Assembly: GCA_963727485.1 (NCBI GenBank)
Contig: CAVSGM010000001.1
Coordinates: forward strand, 320,001-384,000
DNA length: 64,000 nt
From: an uncultured delta proteobacterium
GTDB lineage: Bacteria > Myxococcota > Myxococcia > SLRQ01
Direction of reading: 5' to 3'
A program made the position numbers and the translations under genes. Under the pieces are notes generated by a model. The model worked only from the letters and a program-made list of their open reading frames with translations, was not told where the DNA came from and made no database searches. Shown here one piece after another: positions 17,794 to 27,500 of the stretch. The stretch's first letter is position 1. Every line of letters starts with the position of its first letter.

Positions 17794-19656
17794 CTAGGGC
17801 GTGAGCACGAAGGTGGTGACGCTCTGGGCGGGCAGGGTGGCCACGAAGGCGTTGGTCGCCGAGAGGGTCGGCGCAGGGACCGGGGCCGGATCGGCATTCC
17901 CTGCCGTCACCGCGTAGGCCGCCACCGTGCCGTAGGTCGTGGTCCCGGTGACCTGGATCCCGGCGGAGAGATCCCCACTCGAGCGGTTGATGGCCACCAC
18001 CACCATTCGCGACGGATCCTGGGTGTCGACGCTGGCGAAGACCGCGGTGTCCGGGACGTCGTCGGTGTCCGCGTGGATCGAGGTGTCGCCGAAGGCGCCG
18101 TCGTTCCCGTCGAAGTTCCGGAAGGCCTCGAAGGCGCCGTCGATGAAGTGGTCGTCGGTGCTCCCCAGGTGCCAGAGGTTGGCGGCGAACACGTTCTCCC
18201 GGCCGAGGACGCCCAGGAACGCCGCCTCGGCGATGGCCCCGGAGATGTCGGCGCCGCCGCCGTAGTAGTACTCGGTGATCGCCAGGCGCACGCCCGGGTC
18301 GTGGGCGTCGATCTTGGCCTGGAGCCGGGGCAGCAGGGCGATGGCCTGGCCGCCGAGGGTCTGGGGGATCCAGCTGTTCTCCACGTAGGTCGGGTCCCAG
18401 AGCGACCGGGGTGCCTGCTCCCGGGCCGCGGCGATGGCCGCCGACGCCGAGTCGCTGGTGATCCGGGTGCCGCCGCCGGTGGCCTCGGGGTACCAGTGGA
18501 CGTCGAGGACGTCGACGAGGCGCCGGCCCTGCTGCTGCTCGGCGGCGCTGACCGCGTCGAGGTAGAAGTCGAGGAAGTCGCGGCCGCCCGCGTCGGGGGC
18601 GTTCTGGAGGTTCACGTACCCCGCCCACCCGTAGCTCACCGGCCCGAAGACCTTGGCGTCCGGGGCCACGTCCTTGATCGCCGAGGCGTAGTCCAGGGTC
18701 TTCTGGAGGAGCTCCGCGTAGGTCACCGGGTTGGGGTGGATCCGGGGGTGGGTGCTCGACCAGAGGTCCGGCTCGTTGTCGAGGGAGTAGAAGATCTCCC
18801 GGGTCGGGTCGCCGTGGGACCCGGGGAAGGTCTTCTCCAGCCACGCCACGAACTCGTCCTGGTAGACGGTGCCGTCGGTGAGGTCCGGCGGGTCGGAGAA
18901 GGGCGCGTTCTTCCGGGCCACGCTCACGTCGAAGCGGGTCTGGAGGTAGTTCGCACCCGAGCTCGCCACGTCCCCGCCGGGGGACTTGTCCGCGGCGACG
19001 TAGCCGGTCATGGGTACGGTCACGATCATCGAGACCCCGGCGTCGTGGGCCGCCGCCACCCGGCTCCGGACGGCCTCCCCAGGGGTGCTCCCCCCGCCGA
19101 GGTAGCCGTCGTTCTCGTTGAGGTAGTCGCTGCCGGCGTTGGAGGCGTTGTTCTCCCAGTTGTAGGTACTCCACCGGTTCCCGCCCGCCCGGCCCAGGGC
19201 CAGGTTCAGGGGCTTCTGGGTGAAGTCGTGCTCGTTCATCCCGTAGATGTACGGGGAGACGGGGTGGACGTCCCGGGTGGCGTCGATGGTGAAGTGGACG
19301 TCGCTCGGCCCCGGGTCGCCGGGGGAGACGGGGGTGCCACCGGAGCCGCCGCCCGAGCCGCCGCGAGCCGCCGAGCCGCCACCGGAGCCGCCGCCCGAGC
19401 CGCCCGAGCCGCCGCCCGTGCTGCCGCCGGAGCCGCCATCGGTCGCACCGCCTGAGCCGCCGGTCGAACCGCCGGAGCCGCCGGTCGAACCGCCGGTCGA
19501 ACCACCGCCGCCGGTGCCGGTGCTCGCGGTGCCACCGTCTGGGGCGGTGACGCCGCCGTTGCCATTGCCACCGGGGGAACCGGGGGCGACCCCGCATCCG
19601 GCGAAGAGAACTGCGAGCCCTGCCGTGAGGGCGAGGACGGGCTTGCTGCTGCGCAC
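17794..19656 (-). CDS. Glycoside hydrolase family 44 lipoprotein with Gly/Ser/Thr linker (copy 2)
   Basis: Lipobox LFAGC, ~70-aa GGSTGG linker, RAGGNRWSTYNWENNASNAGSD, LDNEP, DVHWYPE and ITEY. Confidence 0.88.
   Translation of the reverse strand: MRSSKPVLALTAGLAVLFAGCGVAPGSPGGNGNGGVTAPDGGTASTGTGGGGSTGGSTGGSGGSTGGSGGATDGGSGGSTGGGSGGSGGGSGGGSAARGGSGGGSGGTPVSPGDPGPSDVHFTIDATRDVHPVSPYIYGMNEHDFTQKPLNLALGRAGGNRWSTYNWENNASNAGSDYLNENDGYLGGGSTPGEAVRSRVAAAHDAGVSMIVTVPMTGYVAADKSPGGDVASSGANYLQTRFDVSVARKNAPFSDPPDLTDGTVYQDEFVAWLEKTFPGSHGDPTREIFYSLDNEPDLWSSTHPRIHPNPVTYAELLQKTLDYASAIKDVAPDAKVFGPVSYGWAGYVNLQNAPDAGGRDFLDFYLDAVSAAEQQQGRRLVDVLDVHWYPEATGGGTRITSDSASAAIAAAREQAPRSLWDPTYVENSWIPQTLGGQAIALLPRLQAKIDAHDPGVRLAITEYYYGGGADISGAIAEAAFLGVLGRENVFAANLWHLGSTDDHFIDGAFEAFRNFDGNDGAFGDTSIHADTDDVPDTAVFASVDTQDPSRMVVVAINRSSGDLSAGIQVTGTTTYGTVAAYAVTAGNADPAPVPAPTLSATNAFVATLPAQSVTTFVLTP
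19340..19515 (-). repeat. Imperfect short tandem repeats encoding a Gly-Ser-Thr linker
   Basis: Repeated GAGCCGCC / GTCGAACCGCCG units on the plus strand. Confidence 0.7.
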
Positions 19657-19789
19657 GTCGTGACTCCCGCCCCCCGGCGAGTTCCGGCGACCCTAGTGGA
19701 CCCCGGGCGCCTGGCGATAGCGGGCCCGGTGCCCCAGGGGCAGGATGCCTCCCGCGGCGGCGGCGGACGGGTTAGGTTGGGTGTCACCC

Positions 19790-22234
19790 ATGACCGAGCG
19801 CTACATCTGCATCCACGGCCACTTCTACCAGCCGCCCCGCGAGAACCCCTGGCTCGAGGCCATCGAGGTCCAGGACTCGGCCTACCCCCACCACGACTGG
19901 AACGCCCGGGTCCACGCCGAGTGCTACCGGACCAACGCCTCGGCCCGCATCCTCGACGGCGCCGGGCGCATCGTGGACATCATCAACACCTACGCCCGGA
20001 TCAGCTTCAACTTCGGGCCCACGCTCCTCTCGTGGATGGAGCACGCGGACCCGGAGGTCTACCGGGCCATCCGCAAGGCCGACGTCCTCTCCCGGGCGCG
20101 CTTCTCCGGCCACGGCTCGGCGCTGGCCCAGGCCTACAACCACGTGATCATGCCCCTGGCCAGCCACCGGGACCGGGTGACCCAGGTGCGCTGGGGCATC
20201 GCCGACTTCGCCCACCGCTTCGGCCGGGCCCCCGAGGGGATGTGGCTCCCGGAGACCGCCGTCGACCTCGACACCCTCGAGATCCTCGCCGACCACGGCC
20301 TGAAGTTCACCGTCCTCGCCCCTCACCAGGCCGGCCGGGTGCGCCCGGAGGGCGAGACCGCCTGGCACGACGTCACCGGCGGCCGGGTCGATCCCACCCG
20401 GCCCTATGTCCAGCGCCTCCCCTCGGGGAAGGAGATCGCCCTGTTCTTCTACGACGGGCCGGTGTCCCGGGCGGTGGCCTTCGAGAAGCTCCTGGGGAGC
20501 GGCGAGCGCTTCGCCCGGCGCCTCGCCGACATCTTCGACGCCGAGCGCGAGGGGCCCCAGCTCGCGCACATCGCCACCGACGGCGAGACCTACGGCCACC
20601 ACCACCGCCACGGGGAGATGGCGCTCGCCTACGCCCTGGCCCACATCGAGGACACCGGGCTCGCCCGGCTCACCAACTACGGCGAGCTCCTCGAGCGCCA
20701 CCCGCCGACGAGCGAGGTGGAGATCCTCGAGGACACCTCCTGGAGCTGCGCCCACGGCATCGAGCGCTGGCGCAGCGACTGCGGGTGCAGCACCGGCGGC
20801 CCCGAGCACTGGAACCAGGCCTGGCGGGGGCCCCTGCGCGAGGCCCTCGACTGGCTCCGGGACCAGGTGACCCCCCACTACGAGGCCGAGGCCGGCCGGC
20901 TCTTCGCCGACCCCTGGGCCGCCCGCGACGCCTACGTCGACGTGGTCCTCGATCGCGCCCCCGAGCGCGTCGCCCGCTTCCTCGAGGCCCAGGCCGGCCG
21001 GCCCCTCGACGCCGGGGAGCGGGTGCGGGCCCTCGAGCTCCTCGAGCTCCAGCGCCACGCCATGCTCATGTACACCAGCTGCGGCTGGTTCTTCACCGAC
21101 CTCGCCGGGATCGAGACGGTGCAGGTCCTCCAGTACGCCGGCCGGGTGGTGCAGCTCGCCGAGCACCTCTTCGGCGAGGCCTTCGAGGCCGAGTTCCTCG
21201 CGCGCCTCGAGGGGGCCAGGAGCAACCTCGAGGCCCAGGGCAGCGGCCGGGACATCTACCAGCGGGCGGTGGTCCCGGCGCGGGTCGACCTCCAGAAGGT
21301 CGCGGTCCACTGGGCGTTGAGCTCGCTCTTCGACCTCGACGGCGGCCGGGAGCGCGTCTACTGCTACCGCGCCGAGAGCCAGGACTACCACGAGGCCGAG
21401 GCGGGCCGGGCGCACCTCGCCCTGGGGAAGGTCCGGGTGGTCTCGGGCATCACCGGGGAGGAGGGGCGCTTCGCCTTCGGGGCGCTCCACTTCGGCGACC
21501 ACAACCTCACCGCCGGGGTCGGCGGCTTCGAGGACGAGGCCGCCTACGCCCGGATGGTCGACGAGGTCACCGAGGCCTTCCGCCGCGCCGACCTCGCCGA
21601 GGCCCTCCGCCGTCTCGACCACCACTTCGGCGAGCGCCCCTTCGGCCTCCGGTCCCTGTTCCGGGACGAGCAGCGGGCGATCCTCGACCGCCTCCTCGAC
21701 ACCAGCCTCGGCGACGCCGACACCGCCAACCGGCGTCTCTACCGGACCTACGCCCCCCTGATGCGCTTCGTCGACGGCCTCGGGGCGCCGGTGCCCGCGG
21801 TGATGCGGGCCTCGGCGGCCTACGTGATCAACCGGGACCTCCGGGAGGCGGTGGAGGCCGACGAGGTGGACCCGGGCGAGGTCCGCCGGCTCATGGCCGA
21901 GGCCCGGGACTTCGACCTCGAGGTGGACACCGCCGGGGTCGCCTTCGCCCTCACCTCCGCCCTCGAGTCCCTGGCCGAGCCCCTCACCGCGGCGCCGGTG
22001 GACCAGCGGAGCCTCGAGCGCCTCGACGCCCGGGTGGCCCTCCAGCCCCTCCTCGGCTTCGAGGTGGACCTGTGGCGGATCCAGAACGTGGTGTGGCAGC
22101 TCCTCCAGGAGGCCTACCCCACCAGGCGGCGCCAGGCCCACGCCGGGGACGAGGCGGCCGCGGCCTGGGTGGCGCGCTTCGAGCGCCTCGCCGCCGCCCT
22201 GGCGATCCGGGTGCTGCCGCCGGACCAGGGCTGA
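19790..22234 (+). CDS. GH57 family glycoside hydrolase with DUF3536 domain
   Basis: HGHFYQPPRENPW, SFNFGPTLLSW, YNHVIMPLA, GMWLPET, ATDGETYGHH, SWSCAHGIERW, MYTSCGWFF. Confidence 0.92.
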   Translation: MTERYICIHGHFYQPPRENPWLEAIEVQDSAYPHHDWNARVHAECYRTNASARILDGAGRIVDIINTYARISFNFGPTLLSWMEHADPEVYRAIRKADVLSRARFSGHGSALAQAYNHVIMPLASHRDRVTQVRWGIADFAHRFGRAPEGMWLPETAVDLDTLEILADHGLKFTVLAPHQAGRVRPEGETAWHDVTGGRVDPTRPYVQRLPSGKEIALFFYDGPVSRAVAFEKLLGSGERFARRLADIFDAEREGPQLAHIATDGETYGHHHRHGEMALAYALAHIEDTGLARLTNYGELLERHPPTSEVEILEDTSWSCAHGIERWRSDCGCSTGGPEHWNQAWRGPLREALDWLRDQVTPHYEAEAGRLFADPWAARDAYVDVVLDRAPERVARFLEAQAGRPLDAGERVRALELLELQRHAMLMYTSCGWFFTDLAGIETVQVLQYAGRVVQLAEHLFGEAFEAEFLARLEGARSNLEAQGSGRDIYQRAVVPARVDLQKVAVHWALSSLFDLDGGRERVYCYRAESQDYHEAEAGRAHLALGKVRVVSGITGEEGRFAFGALHFGDHNLTAGVGGFEDEAAYARMVDEVTEAFRRADLAEALRRLDHHFGERPFGLRSLFRDEQRAILDRLLDTSLGDADTANRRLYRTYAPLMRFVDGLGAPVPAVMRASAAYVINRDLREAVEADEVDPGEVRRLMAEARDFDLEVDTAGVAFALTSALESLAEPLTAAPVDQRSLERLDARVALQPLLGFEVDLWRIQNVVWQLLQEAYPTRRRQAHAGDEAAAAWVARFERLAAALAIRVLPPDQG

Positions 22235-22273
22235 CCGGGGCCGGGCCGACCGGGCCCGAGGCGACGCCGGCGC

Positions 22274-22462
22274 CTAGGGCTCGAAGCTGGCGAGGACCAG
22301 GCGGACCCAGGGGTCCTCGTCCGCGGGCTCGGCGGGGGCGAAGAGCAGGGCGTCGGGGTCCACGCCGAGGGCCCGGGCCGTGGGGGCGGCCCGCTCGAAG
22401 GCGGTGGTGCCCGAGAGGAGGACGGCGTCGAGGTGCTCGCAGACGACGGGATCGAGGGTCAT
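22274..22462 (-). CDS. 62-aa hypothetical protein
   Basis: MTLDPVVCEHLDAVLLSG...WVRLVLASFEP*; AAGGAG Shine-Dalgarno upstream; high-GC3 codons. Confidence 0.6.
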   Translation of the reverse strand: MTLDPVVCEHLDAVLLSGTTAFERAAPTARALGVDPDALLFAPAEPADEDPWVRLVLASFEP

Positions 22463-22569
22463 GGCGATCTCCTTGGGAGGGGCGGGCGACGGGTGCCCGG
22501 GGCCCTCGGGGAGATCACGACCCGTGCCAGGGGCGGCGTCGCCCCAAGCCCGCGGGATCCCGAATCCGG

Positions 22570-24120
22570 TCACGACCCCGGGGCGGCCGCCGGTCCGGAT
22601 CCGCGACGAGCGGTCCAGCGCCGGGCCACCGGGACGGCCACCGCCACGACCAGAGCCGGCCCGTAGACCAGCGCCCGGAGCCACCAGGGACCCCCGTCGG
22701 CGGTCCCCACCTGCGGGAGCGCCACCAGGTAGTGCAGGGGCAGGGAGGCGGCGAGGACCGCGATGGCCGGCCACCAGGCGAGCGGCACGAGGGCCACCAC
22801 CGGGAGCCAGTACCAGGGGAAGGCGGTGGGCGAGAGGAAGAGGCCGGCGGCGAGGGCCACGGCAATCATCCGGGGGAGGGGCCAGCGCCCGGGGCGCCTG
22901 CGGGCGGCGAGGAGCACGGCGACCACCGCGGCGAGCGCCAGGAGGGCCGCGGTGGCCCGGGCCAGGGTCTCGGGCCACAGCCCCAGGTGGAGCAGCGCCG
23001 TCCCCGGGGCCGGGAAGCCGGGGTGGGCCGGGAGCGCCCCGAAGCGCAGGAGCACGTGGGTGGCCCGGCCGCTGAACAGGAGCCCGCCGCGGAGCAGGTG
23101 GAGGTGGAGGTAGAGGCGTCCGCCGCCCGGGCCGGCGTGGTCGAGGCCGGTGAGCGACCACACCGCCCGCCACCCGTCGAGGATCGCCGCGTAGGCGGCG
23201 TCGCCGGCGCGCCAGTGGGCGGCGTAGCGGGTGAGGGCGTCGAAGACGTGGGTCCCGGCGGGGAGGTAGGGGATCCAGAGGAGCGCGGCAGCGACCGCGG
23301 CCCCGGCGAGGAGGGCGGCCCGGCTCCGGCCGCGGGCCCCGGGGCGCAGGGCCACCAGGACCAGGACCACGGCGACCGGGGGCTTCATCAGGGCGGCGGC
23401 GGCGAGGGCGGCGCCGGCGAGGATCGGCCGCGGGCGCCGGGTGGCCTCGAGGGCGAAGAGCCCGGCGACCACCGCCAGGGCCACCGCCGCGTCGAGGTGG
23501 CCGGCCAGGGACGACTCGGCGATCGCCAGGGGGCAGGCGCCATAGATCACCGCCCCGGCGAGGTCCCGGCCCCGGCGGGCGAGCCACCCGGCGAGCAGGA
23601 GGATCGTCGCCGCGTCGCACAGGGCCATCAGGGCCTTGACCGCCCGCACCGGCCAGGGGCCCCGGGCGGCGAGGCGGAAGAGCCACTGGGCCGCCGGGAA
23701 GTAGACCGAGGGCAGGGTGGGGTAGCGGACCTCGTCGAACCAGGGCGGGCGGAGGGCGGCGAGGCGGGGGCTCGCGGGCGGCGCGAGATAGGGGGTGGCG
23801 GCGCCGAGGCGCTGGGCGGCCCCCTCGAAGGCGTAGCGGTAGGCGTCGGGCGAGAGGGCCGGGGGGGCCGCGGCGAGGGCGAGGCGGGTGGCGATCACCA
23901 GGGCGAGGGCGGCGCCGACGCCGCCCCGGAGGCGCCCGCGGCGCCAGAGCCACACCGAGGCGAGCCAGGGACCGGCGGCGGCGACCAGGCCCGCGACCTG
24001 GAGGCCGGGGTGGCCCGGGGGCACCGCAAAGGCGACCCCGAGGAGGAGCGCGGAGACCCCGGCGGCGGGCGCCCAGGCCGGGATCGCGCGGGATTCGTCA
24101 GTGAGTTCGCTGGGCTGCAC
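22570..24120 (-). CDS. GT-C fold membrane glycosyltransferase (GT87/DUF2029-like); start uncertain
   Basis: LSPDAYRYAFEG..PYLAPP, SVYFPAAQWLF, CPLAIAE..AGHLD, MKPP, SPTAFPWY; many TM helices. Confidence 0.7.
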   Translation of the reverse strand: MQPSELTDESRAIPAWAPAAGVSALLLGVAFAVPPGHPGLQVAGLVAAAGPWLASVWLWRRGRLRGGVGAALALVIATRLALAAAPPALSPDAYRYAFEGAAQRLGAATPYLAPPASPRLAALRPPWFDEVRYPTLPSVYFPAAQWLFRLAARGPWPVRAVKALMALCDAATILLLAGWLARRGRDLAGAVIYGACPLAIAESSLAGHLDAAVALAVVAGLFALEATRRPRPILAGAALAAAALMKPPVAVVLVLVALRPGARGRSRAALLAGAAVAAALLWIPYLPAGTHVFDALTRYAAHWRAGDAAYAAILDGWRAVWSLTGLDHAGPGGGRLYLHLHLLRGGLLFSGRATHVLLRFGALPAHPGFPAPGTALLHLGLWPETLARATAALLALAAVVAVLLAARRRPGRWPLPRMIAVALAAGLFLSPTAFPWYWLPVVALVPLAWWPAIAVLAASLPLHYLVALPQVGTADGGPWWLRALVYGPALVVAVAVPVARRWTARRGSGPAAAPGS

Positions 24121-24133
24121 CGCGAGCGTCTCG

Positions 24134-24163
24134 TTGACACCGCGTCCGGCCCCAAGGCATAAG
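24134..24163 (+). promoter_or_regulatory. Candidate sigma70-type promoter
   Basis: TTGACA-N18-CATAAG about 30 nt upstream of ATG 24195 (GGAG RBS). Confidence 0.45.
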
Positions 24164-24194
24164 GGGACACGTCTTTACCTGCGGCGGAGTCGGC

Positions 24195-26116
24195 ATGATC
24201 AAGACCAAGTTCTGGTTGTACTCCGTCCTCGTTGTCCTGCTGGTCGCCGCCAACTTCTACTACACCAGCCGTCGCGACTACGAGGGCGTGCGCACCACGG
24301 CGCAAGCTCGACTCGGCCTGGCCGAGAAGGCCTACCTGCGCCTCGAGGACGACGCCGAGCAGGCCGCGGTCGCCCGGGCGCGGGCGGCGGCGGCGAGCCA
24401 GCCGGTCAGCGAGGCGGTCGAGGCGGCGGTGAAGGCCAAGGCGCCTCCCACCGCCGACGCGGTCACCGAGGTCAACACCTCCCTGGGCGAGGCGGCGGCC
24501 CGGGGCAGCGGTGGGCCCACCCACAGCCTCCTGGTGCTGGCCACCCCCGACGGTGCCGGGCGCCTGGACATCGGCAAGGCGCCGGTCTCCGCCGCCGGTG
24601 TCCCCGACCTCGGCCCCCTCAAGGACGCCCTCGGGGGCAAGGCCTCCGCCGGGGTGGTCTCCGGCCCCGGCGGCGCCCTCGTCCGGGTGGCCGCGGCGCC
24701 GGTCACCACCCTGGACCACGGCCAGACCAAGGTCCTCGGGGCCGTGCTCCTCGGCTATCCCCTCGACGCCGACGCCGCCAAGGTCCTCAAGGACGGCGTG
24801 GGCGCCGACGTCACCTTCGCCACCGGCAAGAAGGTCGTGGGCAGCACCCTGCCCCTGCCCCTCCACGCCACCCTGCTCCAGGCCGTGGCCGGGGGCAAGG
24901 CCGCCTCCGGCGTGGGCTTCGGGCACCTGGGCCACGCGCCAATCCTCGCCGCCACCGCCCCCTTCATGGGGGTCAAGGCGGTCGTCGGCTTCGCCCGCAA
25001 GATGCCCCCCCTCGGGGTCGAGGGGGCCGCCGTGGTCCTGAGCGCCCCGGTGCGCGCGGAGCTCGCCCGGATCAACAGCTACCAGATGCTCCAGGTCGCC
25101 GCCGCCGGGCTGCTGCTGCTCCTGGCCTTCATCTGGGCGTTCTTCATCGCCCAGGGGGCCACCGGTCCGGCGAAGCGCCTCTCCGAGGCCCTGAGCCGGG
25201 CCGCCGCCGGGGACCTCAAGGCCCGGGTCGAGGCCTGGAAGTTCCGGGGGGTGTTCCGGGGGGTCGCCGACAAGGTCAACGCCGTCCTCGACCAGGTCGA
25301 GCGCCAGGCCCCCGGGGTCGCCGACCAGATCCTGGCCCCGAAGGACACCGATATCTCCAGCGTCCTCGGGGGGGACCGCGAGCCCACGCCGCCGCCCACC
25401 GACGCCTTCCCCTTCGGCCCGGCCTCCGACGCCGAGCCGGCCCCCGCGCCGATGCCCGCCGCGCCGGCCCCGAGCCCCGAGCCCGCCCCGGCGGCCTATG
25501 AGCCGGCCCCGGCGGCCTACGAGCCGGCCCCGGCCCCTAGGCTGCGCCCGCGCCCGGCGGCTTCAATCCCTTCGCCGAGGAGTTCGCCGCCCCGGCGGCC
25601 CCGGCCCCGGCGCCGGCCCCGGCCCCGGCCCCCGCGGCCGACGGAGGCAACGGCGGCTTCTTCTCCGACGCCACCCGGGTGGTCTCTCTCGACGAGATGC
25701 AGGCCCAGGCCGCGCCTCCGGCGCCGGCCCCCGCCCCGGCGGCGCCGGCCCCCTCCGACGATCCCTTCGCCGCGGCCATGGCCGCCGGCGACGGGGGCGA
25801 CGAGGACTACAGCCCCGACGCCACGGTCGTCGCCAAGGTCCCGGACGCCCTCCTCCAGGCCACCGCCCGGAGCGGCGGCGCCCCGGCGGCCCCCCGCGAC
25901 CCCGACGAGGAGCACTTCCGGGAGGTCTTCCGGGACTTCGTCTCCACCCGCCAGCGCTGTGGCGAGCCCGCCGACGGCCTGACCTTCGACAAGTTCGCCA
26001 CCAAGCTGCGCAAGAACCGGGACGCCATCAAGCAGAAGCACGGCGCCCGGTCGGTGCGGTTCCAGGTCTACGTGAAGGACGGCAAGGCGGCCCTCAAGGC
26101 CACGCCCATCAAGTAG
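24195..26116 (+). CDS. MXAN_5187-family membrane protein (periplasmic cache-like region, HAMP-like, Pro/Ala linker, conserved C-terminal domain), apparent -1 frameshift at ~25538
   Basis: TM-periplasmic-TM-HAMP-like architecture. C-terminal DPDEEHFREVFRDFV..RCGE..LTFDKF..KLRKNR....RSVRFQVYVKDGKAALKATP. The frame switches at CCTAGG from EPAPA to AAPAPGGFNPFAEEF. Confidence 0.78.
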
Positions 26117-26272
26117 GGGTGACCTGGAGGGGCCAGCCCCTACCGGGCGTTCCTCCCTTGTGGGCCGGGCGCGCACCTCCGTAGGCTGGGAGGATGGCCG
26201 CCCGGCGCGCAGTCCCTCGTCGACGGCCCGCCAAAGACGGGCCTCCGGGGCGCGTCCTAAGGGTGTGGTCAC

Positions 26273-26301
26273 TTGACCTACACGCCGAAACTCGCTACCA
26301 C
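26273..26301 (+). promoter_or_regulatory. Candidate sigma70-type promoter with an imperfect palindrome over the -35
   Basis: TTGACC-N17-TACCAC; GTGTGGTC-ACTT-GACCTACAC overlaps the -35. Confidence 0.35.
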
Positions 26302-26342
26302 ACCTATCCTTTTGCGCACTCCGTCCCTTGGGGGAGGTTGGC

Positions 26343-27443
26343 TTGATTCGTAGAACACCGACCCTCGCGTCTCTATTCGCGGCCCTGGCCCTCGCCGGGC
26401 TGCCCGCCGCCCCGGCCCTCGCCGACGGCGGCGCCCCCGCGGCCACCCCGGCCTCCAAGGCCACCGACGCGGGGTCCGCGGCCCAGAAGCCCGCGGCCCA
26501 GAAGCCCGCGGCCGCCAAGGCGCCGGGCAAGGCCGGGGCCACCGACGTCAAGGACGACTCCGCCCACCAGGTGGACGCCGCCTTCGCCACCGGGGGCGTG
26601 GCCACCCGGGACACCCACAAGCCCTGGTCGGTGATCGTCGCCAACAGCATCGGCTTCGGTCTCCAGACCGACGCGGCCACCAACTACTACTACGGTCAGC
26701 TCTCGGCCACCGGCTCCTGGCGCTTCACCCGGAACCTCTCCCTGTGGCTGAACACCGGCCTCTACTACACGCCGGACCCGCGGCCCAACGACGGCCGGAG
26801 CCTCGACGCCGGGGGCGTGAGCCTCACCCTCCGCGACTCGCGCATCTACAAGGACGATCGGTTCACCGGCCTGGTGCTCTCGGGGGCGGTGCAGGTGGCG
26901 GTGCCCCTGTCGATGAAGGCCTTCAACTCCCTGCACTACCCCTACCCCTCGGTGGGCCTGGGCCTGGCGCTCTCCCGCAAGGTGGGCGAGGTGGCGCTGC
27001 GCTACGGGATCAGCTTCAGCAAGTTCAACCCCGCCGACCCGGTCTACATCTCCCGGAACTGCGCCGCGGCCCAGCCGGTGGACACCTGCTACGGGGGCTA
27101 CGAGCACGACTGGCAGCTCGCCCAGGGGCTCTCGGCCCTGTGGTCGCCCGTCTCCCACGTGGTGGTCTCAGGGACCTTCCAGTTCGTCACCGCCCAGACC
27201 TTCGGGCCCGCCACCCACGTGGCCGGCACCGGGCCCGGGGTGGTCGACGGCCTCTCCGCCAACGCCTCGGAGGGCTTCAGCTTCGAGCTCTCGGCCAACT
27301 GGGACACCCCGGTCGAGGGGCTCTCCGCCGGGCTCTCCTTCAGCAACGGCGGCCCCTGGCGGAGCAACGGCGACGCCATCTTCAATCCCCTCTTCGACCC
27401 GCGGCTCGCCGCGATGAGCGTCGACGTCTCCTACACCTTCTAG
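26343..27443 (+). CDS. Outer-membrane beta-barrel protein of unknown family
   Basis: GGAGG then TTG start, signal peptide ending APALA, low-complexity N-terminus, alternating beta-strands and C-terminal beta-signal VDVSYTF. Confidence 0.75.
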   Translation: MIRRTPTLASLFAALALAGLPAAPALADGGAPAATPASKATDAGSAAQKPAAQKPAAAKAPGKAGATDVKDDSAHQVDAAFATGGVATRDTHKPWSVIVANSIGFGLQTDAATNYYYGQLSATGSWRFTRNLSLWLNTGLYYTPDPRPNDGRSLDAGGVSLTLRDSRIYKDDRFTGLVLSGAVQVAVPLSMKAFNSLHYPYPSVGLGLALSRKVGEVALRYGISFSKFNPADPVYISRNCAAAQPVDTCYGGYEHDWQLAQGLSALWSPVSHVVVSGTFQFVTAQTFGPATHVAGTGPGVVDGLSANASEGFSFELSANWDTPVEGLSAGLSFSNGGPWRSNGDAIFNPLFDPRLAAMSVDVSYTF

Positions 27444-27500
27444 CTCGTGCCCCTCGCCTGGTGGCCGTCCGGTGGCCGCCGTCTTTCCGGAGGAAGTCAT

